A stretch of DNA of 64,000 nucleotides from Lingula anatina (GCA_051362555.1 CM120646.1:12276001-12340000), one strand, 5' to 3'. Counted from the stretch's first letter, positions 11,487-24,503 are shown. Notes: generated by a model from the letters alone, not told the origin. A program made the numbers and translations.

Positions 11487-13982
11487 TCAACCCTTCCTTT
11501 CTTTGTCAGAATTCAAAGGACCCCAACTGAAACAATTCTGTAGCTTGGGAGGATGGGCTTCTACAGTGTGACGTCTCAAATCTAAAAATCAAAGAATAGT
11601 AAATGAAACTGGTTGATGGGAATTCAGAAGTTATTTTACTAATCAAATCGGGTTTGCAAGTAACAAAATCGCAAACAATTCCAGTGGTTTTGGAGAATAA
11701 ATCTTCACGTCTGTTGTGGTTTGCATAATATACTTCAACACTATTTGGAAGTGCAAATTAAATGGAAACAAACAATTCAGAGTTTACATATCAAGATTTC
11801 AAGAAATATAAGGACAATCTATATTTTGATTAAATGTAAAATACCTTCGGGATTTTTGAAAATCAATGTTGAATTTCTTTCAATGACACATATGACGCAC
11901 GTGTATTCAAGGCCGGGTTGCCCTTCTGTTCTTGGCTTCTGTTTTTTCTTGGATTGATGAACAGAGCTATCGCCATCTGGTGGTGCTGTTTGTGTTGTCC
12001 TCCGTGGGGCAGTTTCAGGTTCCGTTGTGGTAGAATTCTGCAGGAAACCTTCTTGGTGACAACTCTAAAAATATATTTCTTTCGTTGACGAATATAAAAA
12101 TAAATTATTAAGACGGTATCAACAATTATGCTTAAAATTTTGCTTAAAATTTGAACCAGTATACAACTTCATACAATTCTCAAGAATTTTAAAGTTACAT
12201 TAAAGACGATGAAAAACAAATAGAAAAGTCAACAGACAGCCGTTTCAATATTTTCAAAACGAATTAAAATCTCACCATGTGTTCTTGTAGACTACTGAAC
12301 ATAGCAGAATAAAATAAACACTCATCCGCAGGACAAAGAAGCACGGTCCTCTTACTTATCCTGCCATTTTTCAAGAAGTTGGTGCACAGAGTAGAATCTG
12401 GGTGGTGCTCTTTCATGTGCATCTTCATCTCTAAGAAATGTGAAAATAGTACATGTCAAATGTTGCCAGTCATTATTATTTTCATTCTCCAATCCTAAGC
12501 AATAATTCTCACTTTTCAAACACCGTCATGTTTCATGCAAATTTGCATGTAAGTGCAAAATTGCACGAGCACAGCCCAAGTACAAGAATAGGTTATTATA
12601 AATATTGTGTATAAAACGTGCAAGTCTCACTATTGTTTTTAGCATACCCCTCAGCCCTCACATAACAGATATTATAGTACGGTTAGTGTCTTTAACTTTC
12701 TTACAAAAGGAGATTATGGAAATAAAGCCATGAAGAAATAACTGGACATCGAAGGTTTACCTATGACTCCATATGCTTCAAAGCAACACACGTGACATAG
12801 ACATCTTTTCTCTGTGGCTCTCGAAACCGTAGAATGACTTCGTTTCCGAGACTTCGCCAACCCCTCCTCGCTTTCCGACCTCTTGGCGTCCTCCACATTT
12901 TGTACCGTGTTTAACTCACACAGGTAACCATCATCATATTTCGAATTCATCTTGGTAACGGACTCGTTGGCGTTCTCGTCGAGTAAACAGATACTGACGA
13001 AGTCATCATCCCCCTGGTCAACCATTTCAAGGTGAGGGTCGTGGGAGCCTTGTGTACCTTGGGAGTTTCCCGTCAGGTTAGGTTCGGCCAGAAAATCGCA
13101 GTTCCTCATGTGTTCACGCAAAAGAGGTTTTCCTCCCGTCTGTCCGCGACTGCGCCATACGCACCCCACTCCCGGGCAAAATAAAAGAAGCGCCATTTTT
13201 CTCTGGTAGCGTGCATTGACGTCAACGGCGCGTAACCCTTCCAGTTGCTGACCAGGCGGTCCAATTAAATGCTTCGTGTAGTAATGTACTTTGAAATCGC
13301 CAATGGAGACGAACTGCTGTCGGCAAGTTTGGCAGGCAATCGGGTTCTCTTCAATGGGCAGGATGAGAATTCGGGGTTCCCCGATGCTATTCATAGTATG
13401 CACAACATGACTGTCTTCATCAGTTTCGGCATAGGCGAGCTTAAAAACCCTTTTGCGCTTCACGTGAGGTTCACCTTCCGATGTGCTAGCTTCAGTAAAG
13501 TCGCTAGTACCTTCAAACGTTTTGTATTTGGACTGGAGTTCGCCCCTCGTATTGCCTGTTTTGGAGATATCGCGCTTCTTTTTCTTCAGCTTAGAAATCT
13601 TCCTTTTGCTTTTAAAATCTTTCACCGTGCTGGTTTTTAATGATTCGTGGTTACTATCGTCAAACTTTGGGTTGGTTGCAAGTCCAACAATTTCTTCTTT
13701 CACGTGGGCTGCTTTTTGAAGGGATTCCTTTGGATGATGGGCGTCGACTTTGGAAATGTTGACGTTAACAGCTATCTCTTTGGGCTGGCGATGTTTGATC
13801 TTTAGAGGCTTTTGACGCACGGCGGTAATTTTGAATGCAGCACTGGCTTTCTTTTCAGCGGTTTCAGATGGTGCTGCCCCTTTAATTAATTCCCCCGGAT
13901 CGAAATAATATGACGAGTTGCCCCTCATCTTTGGCTGGTATTGATCAAACTTTTCCACGAAAGGCTTTTTGTTCTGATGCAT
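11487..13982 (-). CDS. Multi-zinc-finger protein (C2H2 plus CPxxxC..H..C/H fingers), at least 4 coding exons, about 563 aa
   Basis: Exons 13984/13982-12761, 12430-12276, 12064-11845 and 11581-11487 splice in phase and rebuild fingers across junctions: CHVC..MKMHMKEHH, CPADEC..LQEHMSCH, CVIC..DLRRHTVEAH. The large exon also holds CQTC..KVHYYTKH and CPGVGC..REHMRNC. AATAAA on the - strand at about 11325-11330. Confidence 0.8.
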
Positions 13983-14804
13983 ACCTGAAAAGATTTTAAA
14001 GTAAAAATAATTGTTATTCCCTATATCTAGATACTGTCTTAAAATTTGTTATGAGAAATTTGCTGTTCTTGTCCTTGTCACTTTCGTGCCGACACTGCTG
14101 AGTAAAAGGTAACTTGCATGCTGAACAAAGCAAATAACCGATACTGATAAACACCAACAATTATGTCGACTGCAAATGTTAAAGAAACTTGTAATCTGCG
14201 GGCAAAAGTAAGTCAAGTTAGAGGACCGTGGAAGTAATTAAGTCATACTATGACATCACTCACTATTTCCGGATTAAAAAAATAGGCCTACATATGTTGA
14301 AGCAGATCAAACACTCTATGTCCAGTGCCACCTATATTAGCCGATGGATACCAATCTTTGAATTGGTTCGCCTCCGTCATGGAACCAAAAACGTGCAGCA
14401 GCTGACATTTGATAAAGTGGCGCTGCGCGTGCATAAAACTAACCCAAATGCAACAACTACTTAGATGATCCAAATGCTTACTGAGGGATGTGGACTTATA
14501 CTGTATATAGGATCTTGCTCGCTGTTTTAGATTTCTTCTCGCCTAAGGCGTGTTAGGTCCAAGAGACACCACGGAAATCAACTGCTCCTGCACACTGGAA
14601 GCTGTGGCATATTGAAACAGAAACCACCGCAAACCATATCCTAGTCTGATTAAGAATAAAACCTCAGAATCATAACCACAACGCACGTATTATGAACCAA
14701 AGCTACATAAGAGATACCTTCCTCACTCTGTTGTATTCTCGAAGCATGCTCGCGAGGCACTGAAGAAAACCAGCTGAGGTCCGCAAACATTTATCAACAT
14801 GCAC

Positions 14805-15025
14805 TTGTCACGTGATCCCAATATTGCCTTAATCATCTCACAAAGTCAACGTTCTCACTCCTCATTGGCTCAGTGCAAATAATGCAGCTACGTGAACATA
14901 TTTCCACTTTTGACAGACCAATGGGAGTTGAATACGTCACAATCCTACATGTGCATAGGTTTTATGATTGTCTCAGTTCAACATTTCCTTATAAGGCATT
15001 CTGTCGATTTGGGGCGGGGCGGGGG
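14805..15025. promoter_or_regulatory. Promoter-like motif cluster upstream of the zinc-finger gene
   Basis: GTCACGTGAT E-box near 14807, three CCAAT/ATTGG boxes (near 14818, 14864, 14918) and tandem GC boxes GGGGCGGGGCGGGG near 15011. A - strand splice donor near 14717 could close a non-coding first exon. Confidence 0.45.
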
Positions 15026-15508
15026 GTCGTAAACGGCGGAATACGCAGTGCGAATTGGGAATTGCGACATCACATAACTCTCACCACTACCTGGTTTTAG
15101 GTAATTTGCCAGCTTTAGAAACGTTCTAGAAATGATTGTTAAATACACCAAGTGAAGAATAACTTCATACACATAAGCAACCGTTTGAAATGTCATTCTG
15201 TAAATGAAGACATGCCTTTTCCCTCGATTGCCTTCTTGACAGTTTAAGTTAAGAGTGATAAAATAACGTTGTCAAATGAGCACATTTTTCACTCCTGCCT
15301 CAACTTACCCGCCCACGCACTCTTCATAAATAACATCTGTTTTTATATTTTTACTTCAATTAGGAAGCGAAACCACACTACGACCCACGCAGAAGACATG
15401 TTTCTGATAGATTCATACACGTCTTCAAAAAGAATTTAACCTCGATGATCTGTTGTGAAGGATTGACGGCATTTTGGGTGTTTTTTTTTAAACAAACGCC
15501 TGACTCAC

Positions 15509-15569
15509 CCGTTTCTGGCATGTTTTCATGCTTGCTAGTGAGCGACCCCCAGTCGTTTTCCCACGCCAT
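15509..15569 (-). CDS. Candidate upstream coding exon of the zinc-finger gene (MAWENDWGSLTSKHENMPET)
   Basis: ATG-initiated 61-nt segment ending at a strong GTGAGT donor in phase 1, which matches the phase of the acceptor before 13984. No homology support. Confidence 0.35.
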
Positions 15570-18500
15570 GAGTGCTCCACAAAAAATCTACACAAAAGAA
15601 AAACAAACCAAAAACATTTCTTAATTAACTTGTTAAAATCGTTCCCTTATCACGATGTATTTGTCAGTTCAATGTTTTTAAGTGTCCAAGCTGGAAAGTT
15701 TTCTGGTTTTGTCCGAAAAGGGGAAATGAAATGCGGTCTGCTTTTGTGAGATAAACAACTTCGCCCACAACAATTTTAACATTTTTTGTACCTGTTCTGT
15801 CACCTGTTTTCTTGTTCATACATAGGACACGACGTGCCAGCATGTATATAAACATTTAAATCCAGTCATAAATGATTATGCAAGTAAAATACTGAATTTC
15901 CCACAGTAAATTAAAAGGTGAATAAAACACACCGGCCAAGCACGTGAAACAATTAAATCACATTGCACACTTAACAATACGATAAAAAACGACAGTTCAA
16001 ACTAACAAAGAGGTTTAACTTTTCTAAAAAAAAATACTTGGCTCAAAAATTTAAGGTCAACAACGATACAAAGCTCAAAGAATAAGATTTAATTAGCAGT
16101 TCAGTTCAACTAATAAAAAATCACTCCAACTTACTACTAGGCTGTCTGGTTTGCTACAGTACAGATTCTGAAATGTTTCGAAAAAAGCCATTATTCAGTA
16201 TGTTTTAACTGATTTATCATAAAACAAACCAATACTTAAAAAAAGATGCAAAAACTAATCCAATTTAGAGTAAAATGGGGAATCTTTAATGACAAGCTGC
16301 CTTCTACCAGTTTGGCAAATTTTCTGGCCACGGATTTCTGCACAGGTTTCCTTTACTAGCACTCTGTGATCTAATAACACCTTTGTGCTGCCCGATGTCT
16401 GAAGGTGACTTGTTCGTAAAATCACAACTTACATTTTTGTAAACGCACTTGGAATCGCTTCTGTCCTTTCTTCGTAGGCAGCGTCGTTGGGTTCAGTCAC
16501 TAAAAATAAAACAATCAACATAAGTACCAATCCTGCAACAAACTCCGCTGACTCAGTGACGCCGCTTTGTCTTGAACTAACCAATAACATAAATGGCAGG
16601 CATCCAGATCTTAGATTCAGCAAGAAACGAACGAATTGTACCATAGAAAAAACTGAGGAGCCTTCAATACTGTTATAGTGATGAATAACGACAACGGTCT
16701 GGAGCTTTCAAACGTTTATTCACCAACTCTCTTTTCATACAACTTCACAAATGTTTCAACTCTATTTTTCCGTACTGATCACGCGTTTACTTGTTTTCTT
16801 TCCATTGCCTTTGCGTGATCACAAGGAATTTTCCATTCTCATAATGCAAACCACCATTCAACATTTCCTTATTAGGTAATTTCTAAGAGACTTGTTTTCA
16901 ATTAAAGATATCTAAAATATTATTTGAATTACTCATGCTTGGACCTTATCCATCCTAAGTTTGCATGTGTTTTACACGTGTTGGAAACTTTTGAGAAATT
17001 AACCAATCAAATCAAACTATATGTCACCTTGACGTGTTCCAACCTTTGTACTACGAGAACAATTTCTTCATATGTTGACTCTTTAAAGAAATTTAACTTA
17101 CACTCTATAACTCCCTATCCTTTTACACATTTGATTCCGTTTTAATTGTTATCTGTAATTAGTGAAAGTGTAAGTCATTTGCTTTACAACAATACATCTG
17201 AAACTTTGTGCTGAAATTGTCAAAATGATGTCAACACACGTCCAGATGACATAAGACATACCATCGATTTTTGTAAATTCAAACTCTTAACCTTGACGGC
17301 ATGCAGAGAGCATTATACCTTCTTCCAAGAAGAACATTTCTGAAAATCATAGCAATTTCTAACATCAAGGTATCGTCTTTCCAAAACCACTTTTTTGATA
17401 TTTCTCATTTTACCGCCATGGGTGAGATAAACCAGCCTCTATCTAGATTTCGAAAGCGATTCCAAAACTAAATACTCAAAAACTGTTTTCAGGATAGTTG
17501 TTCTGTTCGTGGTTTTTGTATACGATAAACCTTATTAAGGGGAAATTTTGCATTTTCCAGGGAAATAAATGTTCATGTAAAAGGGTCTAACGCTCAATGG
17601 GCGCCTTGCAGAATAATAATTATGGCTATAATGGCGTCACGTAGCCTATTAACGGTCTCAGTTTGTCTGTGAACATGACCTAATAGAGGGACCATTTAGA
17701 ATAGACGATTCGAGTACTAACTGATCCGACTACTAAATGTGGCCTACCCCATTTCAAAAGCGATGCCACTAATAACCTTGCGCGCGTTATACGTCACAGG
17801 TCTTGCGTAACTACCCACGTGCTACGATTTTTCTCTTGGGGGGGCAGCAAGCGGCCATTTTGTACACGAGCAATGCATAGATGGGTGAAAATGATACGTT
17901 GTTTTTAACTAAAAACGATGTCCCCAGGGCGAAACTGCCAACACCAAAAGTAAAGGAGCATACCAACGTTGTTTTGAAACGATGTGGTTAGCCTGTCAGT
18001 GGCGAGTTGGGGGAGAAAAGAGCAGCACTGATAACAAGGTACTGTATACACGTGAACCGGCAAAGTTAATGATAATTTCATGTTGCAAAAGCATAATTAA
18101 ATCAGTAAGTTATTTTCCAAAGGATATTATTTGAATAGCAGATACATAAATCAAACTAACAACAATAAAAATTTTTGATGACATTGAAAATCAAAACCCG
18201 CGGTGCACGATAGGTTGAGGAGGACACAGCCACAGCAAGTAATGCATGAATTTTGTTACACAACACCATATGCTTGTGTCACTGTTAACTCTGTGGTATT
18301 ATTACTCAATTTACTGCTCAAATTAATACCTGATACTATTTCTCAGGCTACCAAGTACAAAGCAACTTATTTTGTGGCAATTGACCTCCATGTTCCATCT
18401 TGTGTGCAGGTTGTTTATTATTATTATCATTATTATTATTATTATTTCAAACACATTTTGATAAAGTGGCTATGCTTTAACAAGAGAAATTTATGCTGAA

Positions 18501-19801
18501 GTTTAAAAGATTAAATTATCAGTAGTATGTACAATTAAAGCTATTAATTTGATTATGCATATTTGATTTTCAATTATCTTGATTATGATATGAGGTTTCT
18601 GCATTTTTCTCTTGCCCTCATATCAATATCTAACAAGTGAATTGATAGTGTTTTATTACAAATTTGCTTTATACTTTCAGATGTAAAAACTGTGTAGCAG
18701 TTGGTAAAGCTGTAGAGATGAATGTGAGCATAGATCAGGGGAAATGGTATTAGAGAAACTAGGAGGACAAGACATAGATAATGTACTAGTAGATCCATCA
18801 TCACAGCAAGGATAGATAGTGTGATCTTGTCCCTGAAGCTATGCCACAAGTTTTCAAACTGGTTGAGTCCTTACTAAGACAAGCTGCTGCGGTGTGAATG
18901 GTTGTACATTCAGGTTATACATGGCAGATTTATGACAAAAGAGACCTTCACAATATACTTCAAAGAAGTTATTCTTGCATCTATGCCTCAAAAGTACACA
19001 GTTACAGTGACTAGAACATTGTCTGCAAATAGTGAGGCAGTGAAGGCTGCAAGGTGCCATTGTTTTTCAGTATTAAGAATGACAGTATCTGTTTTTTATT
19101 TATTTATTTTTATTTTTCATTTTTAATGGGAGGGAGACTCACTTTGTTCTTTCTATGCCCATTCAGTTAAGGGTTGGTGGCAATATATGGTAAATCTGTC
19201 ATGCCTGTATGTAGAATTTCTCTGGCTCAAATTTCTACATTTATTGGGTGCATTATGAAGTTTCCTGACTGATTAATGAGGTTACTTGCAGAAATATCTT
19301 GCTTACACACGTTTTGTGATATTTTTACTACTTTATACATATGATTATTCACATCTCATCAGTGGTGTGTGAAAGGTACTTGGTATTTGCATTTTAGAAC
19401 TGTAGATCTGTGTACCAGCAGGGTTATATTTCATATATCCGCAAATGTTTCTAAAAATAAGCTTCATGTTTGATAATTAATTGGTTTGAAATAAATAAAT
19501 AAATAACCCAAATAAAATCAATTCATTTTATATTTCAAATTATTTGTTTTTATTATTCTTCTAAGCATTTAATCATAACATCTCCCATCATTATACTGTT
19601 ATTGTGTAATAACATTGAAAGTTTCCAAGTTTTTATGAACAGGTTGATGCTAACGTATTACAAATGAACATAAGCATAAAAGCATATTTCCTTACTCAAA
19701 TGTATCAAATGTACCACTGGCATAATACCGGTAAAGATACAGGTAAAGATGACAGCATTGATAACTGAGTTTACAGCGCTTTTAGTGCAGCTTGGCTAGT
19801 G

Positions 19802-22800
19802 CTAAGATCTAATAAACAGAAAGATTGGACAGCGGCATTTTCCCTTTGACCAGACGTTCGTACGGGTAAACATTGCTCTATTGTTCCCCTTAAGTTGTTT
19901 TGATAGCCGGGCTTAATTTCAATCCCCATTGTACCTAACCCGTGTTTAGCGAATAGCGTGATTTCTCGTGCATTCTCGCGGACGCCACATCGTCGTCAAG
20001 TAGATCCGCCATATTGGATAAGCAATGGCACACGTGGAGTTTTTTTTATTAAAAAGTTCTAAAGATGTACAGTTTGTTTACATTTCGTAGTTGTCTTAAT
20101 ACTTTATATTCAGAGGAGGCAATACCCAATAGCGCACTACCTGTAACAACAGCTGCCATTTTATAGAAATTGACTCAACTTGGAGATATAGCCGGAAACG
20201 TGACGAGATCATCAACGTAACAGATAGTGATATTCGATGCCGTTTTGGACAATAAGGTCATGCTAATCACTGGGAGAAACTGAATGGTGAAGCTACACCA
20301 AAACAGAAACTTGATCTATTATGCCTGTTTGTAAAACTTCGTCACTATTAGCGGTCATTCTTTTAGAGCATAATCAATTCAAATTCACCAGAATATTCGT
20401 AGCAAATCGGTGAAACAAAAAGGACTGAAAAAAAATCCTTTAAGAAAAAGTAGTTTTTAATTTCACTTTCACAAACACTAATTTGGGTACCTACTTCATA
20501 ATGATAGTGAAAGGTAAGACATATCTTTATGCTGACAATCAAATAAAAGTAAACTCGTTTTTTCATATTTTTAGAACACATGCAATATAGTTTCCTTGCG
20601 ACTTCATAATCATGCACATATATTTAAACTCTGCAAAATCTGTTTTGAAACATATGCCTTTTGAACATCTTCCACAGAATGTATTGGAAGAATAATATGT
20701 GTAACAATTTTGTTTTCCATCTCACTAAAAATGACTAAATAAAAGATGATTGCTAAAAATTATCAATATTTCATCAGATTTAGCATTTAAAACTGATCAT
20801 TCATTTCCGGCTGATAAAGTAACATAATACAAGTCATATTCTGTTCATAAGCATTTTATTATAGATTTAATAAGGCACAGATATTGAAATGCAAATAAAA
20901 ATGTTAACACCTTTAGATACCACTGACTGTTACACAATCACAACAGATAGGTAATTTATTTAGGAGTACTAGTTTCACATGACAAAGAATTATAGCATTT
21001 TCCCCCTATTTTGACTTGTTTCAACATTAATAACTCATTCAATAAAAATTATGCACGTGATGATAATATTTATCTATTGTTAAGAGCACTACTGACTAAT
21101 TCCAACCTAGACTTGACTTCAGAGTTTACAGAAGGGAGACAATTTATAGTGATATATTTGTTTTTCATGAAGAACAACATATGGCTAGTTTCATGGTGGT
21201 TCATTTGCTGAAATATCAATGTGCCTGTCAGGTTCTTGAGTAGCACCGAGTTAACTTGACAGAGGTACGTCGTCATCAGAATCACTTCCATTGCAACATA
21301 TATCTGAAAAAAAATATTATCACACAGTTAAAAAGATGCTGACGTGTTAATTGCTCATGTTATGTTAAAGTCCACTGTACGGACAACACTGACCTAGCTT
21401 TTCCTGCACTTGTAAAACTATCGAGCAAAAATTAAATATTTAATTTCGAGCAGCTTACCATTTTGCTTATTTAATACATCTGTGTGTCTTTTTTGATTGT
21501 TTACAATCACTTTGCAAACTTGACAGTGGTGCATCTAAATCATCTGCAACACTTGCATTATGACATTCACCCGAAATAATAAAATAATATTTTACTGTCA
21601 AAAAGGTTCTGACATGTGCTAGTCTCTTATTATTTGTCATTTGTATAATTCCACTCAATCCACTGTGGTGATTGCACCTGCCTTTTTGTATCCGATACTG
21701 GTAATAATGTTGTTGGTACAGTGGAAATCCGATACTTGTAATAATGTTGTCGGTACAGTGGAAATATCAGATTGATAGTGCCCATGTATGTAAGACATTT
21801 TACTTTCAACTCCATAAACTAAAAAGTTCTAGTTATAGACCAGAAAGCTTACCTTTTGATTTTGCTGCCAGATTTTGCTCTTTATTTTTTCTCCTGCGGG
21901 CCTTGACCCATTTTAATGGCATCTGAAAACAAAAAATAAAAATAAAAATAAGGATGTGAGGCACATTTTCACGCAATCTTCTCATTACTTAGGTATAAAT
22001 CCTGGATAAAAATATCACCAGTTGTAGTCCCCGCCATCTTGTTTTATTGTCATCTTTACCGATAAATATTTCTAAGAAAAAAAACTAAATTTGAGCTAAG
22101 TTTGACCCTACGACCTTCCACTACTTTTTTAGATGAACACAGGTTAACTGCCAATGCATAGTACAGATCTAATTTCGTGTTCGGTTGTGCATTTGAAGCC
22201 CATCGATAACAAAAATCGCCGCCATCTTGTTTTATTGTCATTTTTACCGTTAAATATTCCTAAGAAAAAAAGCTTAAGTTTAGCTAAGTTTGACCCTACG
22301 ACCTTCTACTACTTTTTTAGATGAACACAGTTTAACTGCCAATGCATAGTACAGATCTAATTTCGTGTTCGGCTGTGCATTTGAAGCCCATCGATAACAA
22401 AAGTCGCCGCCATCTTGTGTTATTGTCATTTTTACCGTTAAATATTCCTAAGAAAAAAAGCTAAATTTTAGCTAAGTTTGACCCTACGACCTTCCACTCC
22501 TTTTTTAGATGGACACAGTTAAACTGCCAACGCATTGTATAGATCCACTTTTGTGTTCGGCTGTGCATTTTAACCCCGGCGATTATGATCAGCACCGCCA
22601 TTTTGCTTTATTGCCCGAAGTATTGTTTAAATTTTCATAGAAAACTAAGCTACTATAAATTAAATTATCAACCAATAAAACGACAGTGTTATTCAGTCAT
22701 CAGTAATATAAAAACCAACGTACATAAAGTTAAACTCCCCGTGTTAGACCTTAGGTAACAAAGCATTTAAACTCGCTTGTCTGTCGCCATATTGCTAATT

Positions 22801-23099
22801 TGAATGCAACAACGGATTGAAGGCAAATTTTCACGATAATATCTGCTCCAAAATATTGCATATTTTACACACAAGTGAACCCTGTTAGTTTTCCCTTCTG
22901 CACATACATTCTCAGAGAAACTACAAGACTAAAAGAGGTAATTTACCTACCTTGAAATCGCCCACATGCAACAGAGCTCTACCCGCGCACGATCACAACG
23001 CGACTGACTACTTCCGCCGTACGAACGTCTTTCCACAGTTAATCGGATTACCCTTTGAAGAATTGCCGAGTGTCCAATCTTTGGTATATTAGATCTTAG
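19802..23099 (-). mobile_element. Unclassified 3.3-kb TIR element with 7-bp TSD
   Basis: TIRs CTAAGATCTAATAAACAGAAAGATTGGACAGCGGCA / CTAAGATCTAATATACCAAAGATTGGACACTCGGCA, plus a shared subterminal AGACGTTCGTACGG. Direct repeat GCTAGTG at 19795-19801 and 23100-23106. Confidence 0.75.
22031..22615. repeat. 188-bp tandem repeat, 3 units plus a partial
   Basis: CCGCCAT(C/T)TT unit starts at 22031, 22219, 22407 and 22595, with highly similar sequence between them. Confidence 0.92.
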
Positions 23100-23910
23100 G
23101 CTAGTGTCAGATTGTTATCTGATAAAGTTTGCTACTAGTACCTGGGAACAAAAGGTCTGGCACTTGACAATCAAGTTGATAAAATCACAAAACGCCTGTA
23201 GAAAATAGGGCATACCTGCCCAACATTGATTTGTTCAGATTCTTGACTAAGGGGTGAGTTGCTGGTGTCAAGGGCCAAGACTTGAACTTAGGGGTTTGGC
23301 ATGTCACTGGACATTCCCCTCGATTTCTGTCCAAATCTAATAAAGCCTCAGTTGCTTAACTTTCGCCAAATTTCCAATATCTACAGGTTGTGTTGTTTAA
23401 TGCTTGGGGTCTCTTCTTTGGCGGCGGTTAATTGGGGACACCTGTGCGGCCTGTCAACGCACCTAGATTCGCTTTTGCCGGTGCCACATTTTCAATTGCC
23501 GTAAATATCAAATTCATGAATAGAATGAGGAAAAATGACAGTTATGAAAAAATGTTTGGAAGTACCTGTCACCTTCGCCACAGTTACCATATGGGCTGTG
23601 CTGCCCCCCCCTCCACAGGCGACACCTTGCGGAGCAAGCGTGCGTAATCCAGGGTGCAACTGAAAATAACCTTGTCGCGCGACCTTATTCCACGATGGTC
23701 TCCCCGCCTCCACATGCGCCGTCGTTGCAGGGGCCTAGCAATTAAACCTCGGAGCCGAGACTTAATCCGTTTAATGACACGTGCGGAGGCGGGGAGACCA
23801 TCGGGAATCAGCGGCATCGCTTTTGAAGTGTGGTCAGTCATATTAAGTGGGCGGATCAGTTAGTACTCGGATCTTCTATTCCGAATGGCCCCTAAGGCCC
23901 CATTTATAAT

Positions 23911-24056
23911 AGGGAACTAACTAGTACAAGGGACAAATATGGCGACCCCCCCACAAAGCTTACCATCTAATCCGCTAATAGACACTGAATAGATATCCGG
24001 TGGGGAAGTATTCAAGTGGGTCGGCCATATTTGACCCTCGTACTAGTTAGTCCCCT
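23911..24056. mobile_element. Hairpin MITE with AT TSD (ISL2EU-like)
   Basis: TIRs of about 38 bp, AGGG(A/G)ACTAACTAGTAC(A/G)AGGG(A/T)CAAATATGGC, with AT on both sides. Confidence 0.75.
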
Positions 24057-24068
24057 ATTTTGGCCTTA

Positions 24069-24190
24069 GGGTGTGTTCACAAATGAATCTATCGTTCTTC
24101 TTAGTGCTGTAAACCTGATTGCATTCAGCAAGGGTCCACGTGGAGTTAGTGCGCATTTACTAGTACGATAGATTCATTGTGAACACACCC
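24069..24190. mobile_element. Hairpin MITE (Harbinger-like)
   Basis: TIRs GGGTGTGTTCACAA(A)TGAATCTATCGT, flanked by TTA/TAA. Confidence 0.75.
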
Positions 24191-24503
24191 TAAGTTGGTT
24201 GGCGTTGTGAGGTAACATAAATGCCGTTAAAACTTGATTTTTGTTTGAGAGGAAACGCCTGGCATCTGGCAGCGAACAGATGACTTCACTCGATAAGCAG
24301 CTCTAGTATGGACGCGGTTTCTGACTCAACTGTCAGAACAGCTGTTACGACAGGAGAGGCTTTGTTTAGAGTCACCACAAATGTTATCATCATAAAAAAA
24401 GGCCTTCGCTGTCAATTAGTTTCACTGGCAGTGCGTGGAAAGACGTCAGTGCTGGTGGAGTGAGAAATTCTGATGTGCAGCAGCAAAACTTGGGAGAGTC
24501 TTT

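Larger units (their letters stand above)
17687..23893 (+). mobile_element. TIR DNA transposon remnant (ISL2EU/Harbinger-like) of about 6.2 kb, including a nested element
   Basis: Imperfect TIRs of about 50 bp: AGGGACCATTTAGAATAGACGATTCGAGTACTAACTGATCCG versus AGGGGCCATTCGGAATAGAAGATCCGAGTACTAACTGATCCG. Decayed SAP-like exon at 17881-18038 (LTKNDVPRAKL..VLKRWLAC) and SWIM-like start near 18900-19070 (ASM..KY.VTV..VKAARCHC). The TSD is not clean. Confidence 0.6.

Noticed and set aside
16130-16644. - strand ORF with a hydrophobic stretch and GTAAGT donors at about 16432 and 16135 as a separate secreted-protein gene
   Set aside because: The hydrophobic run coincides with a polypyrimidine-like tract, and splicing to the next candidate exon hits a stop. 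At most these are untranslated exons of the zinc-finger gene.
23300-23863. Cluster of GC-rich short ORFs as a THAP or transposase gene
   Set aside because: No C2CH or DDE motif in any frame; treated as non-coding subterminal sequence of the outer element.
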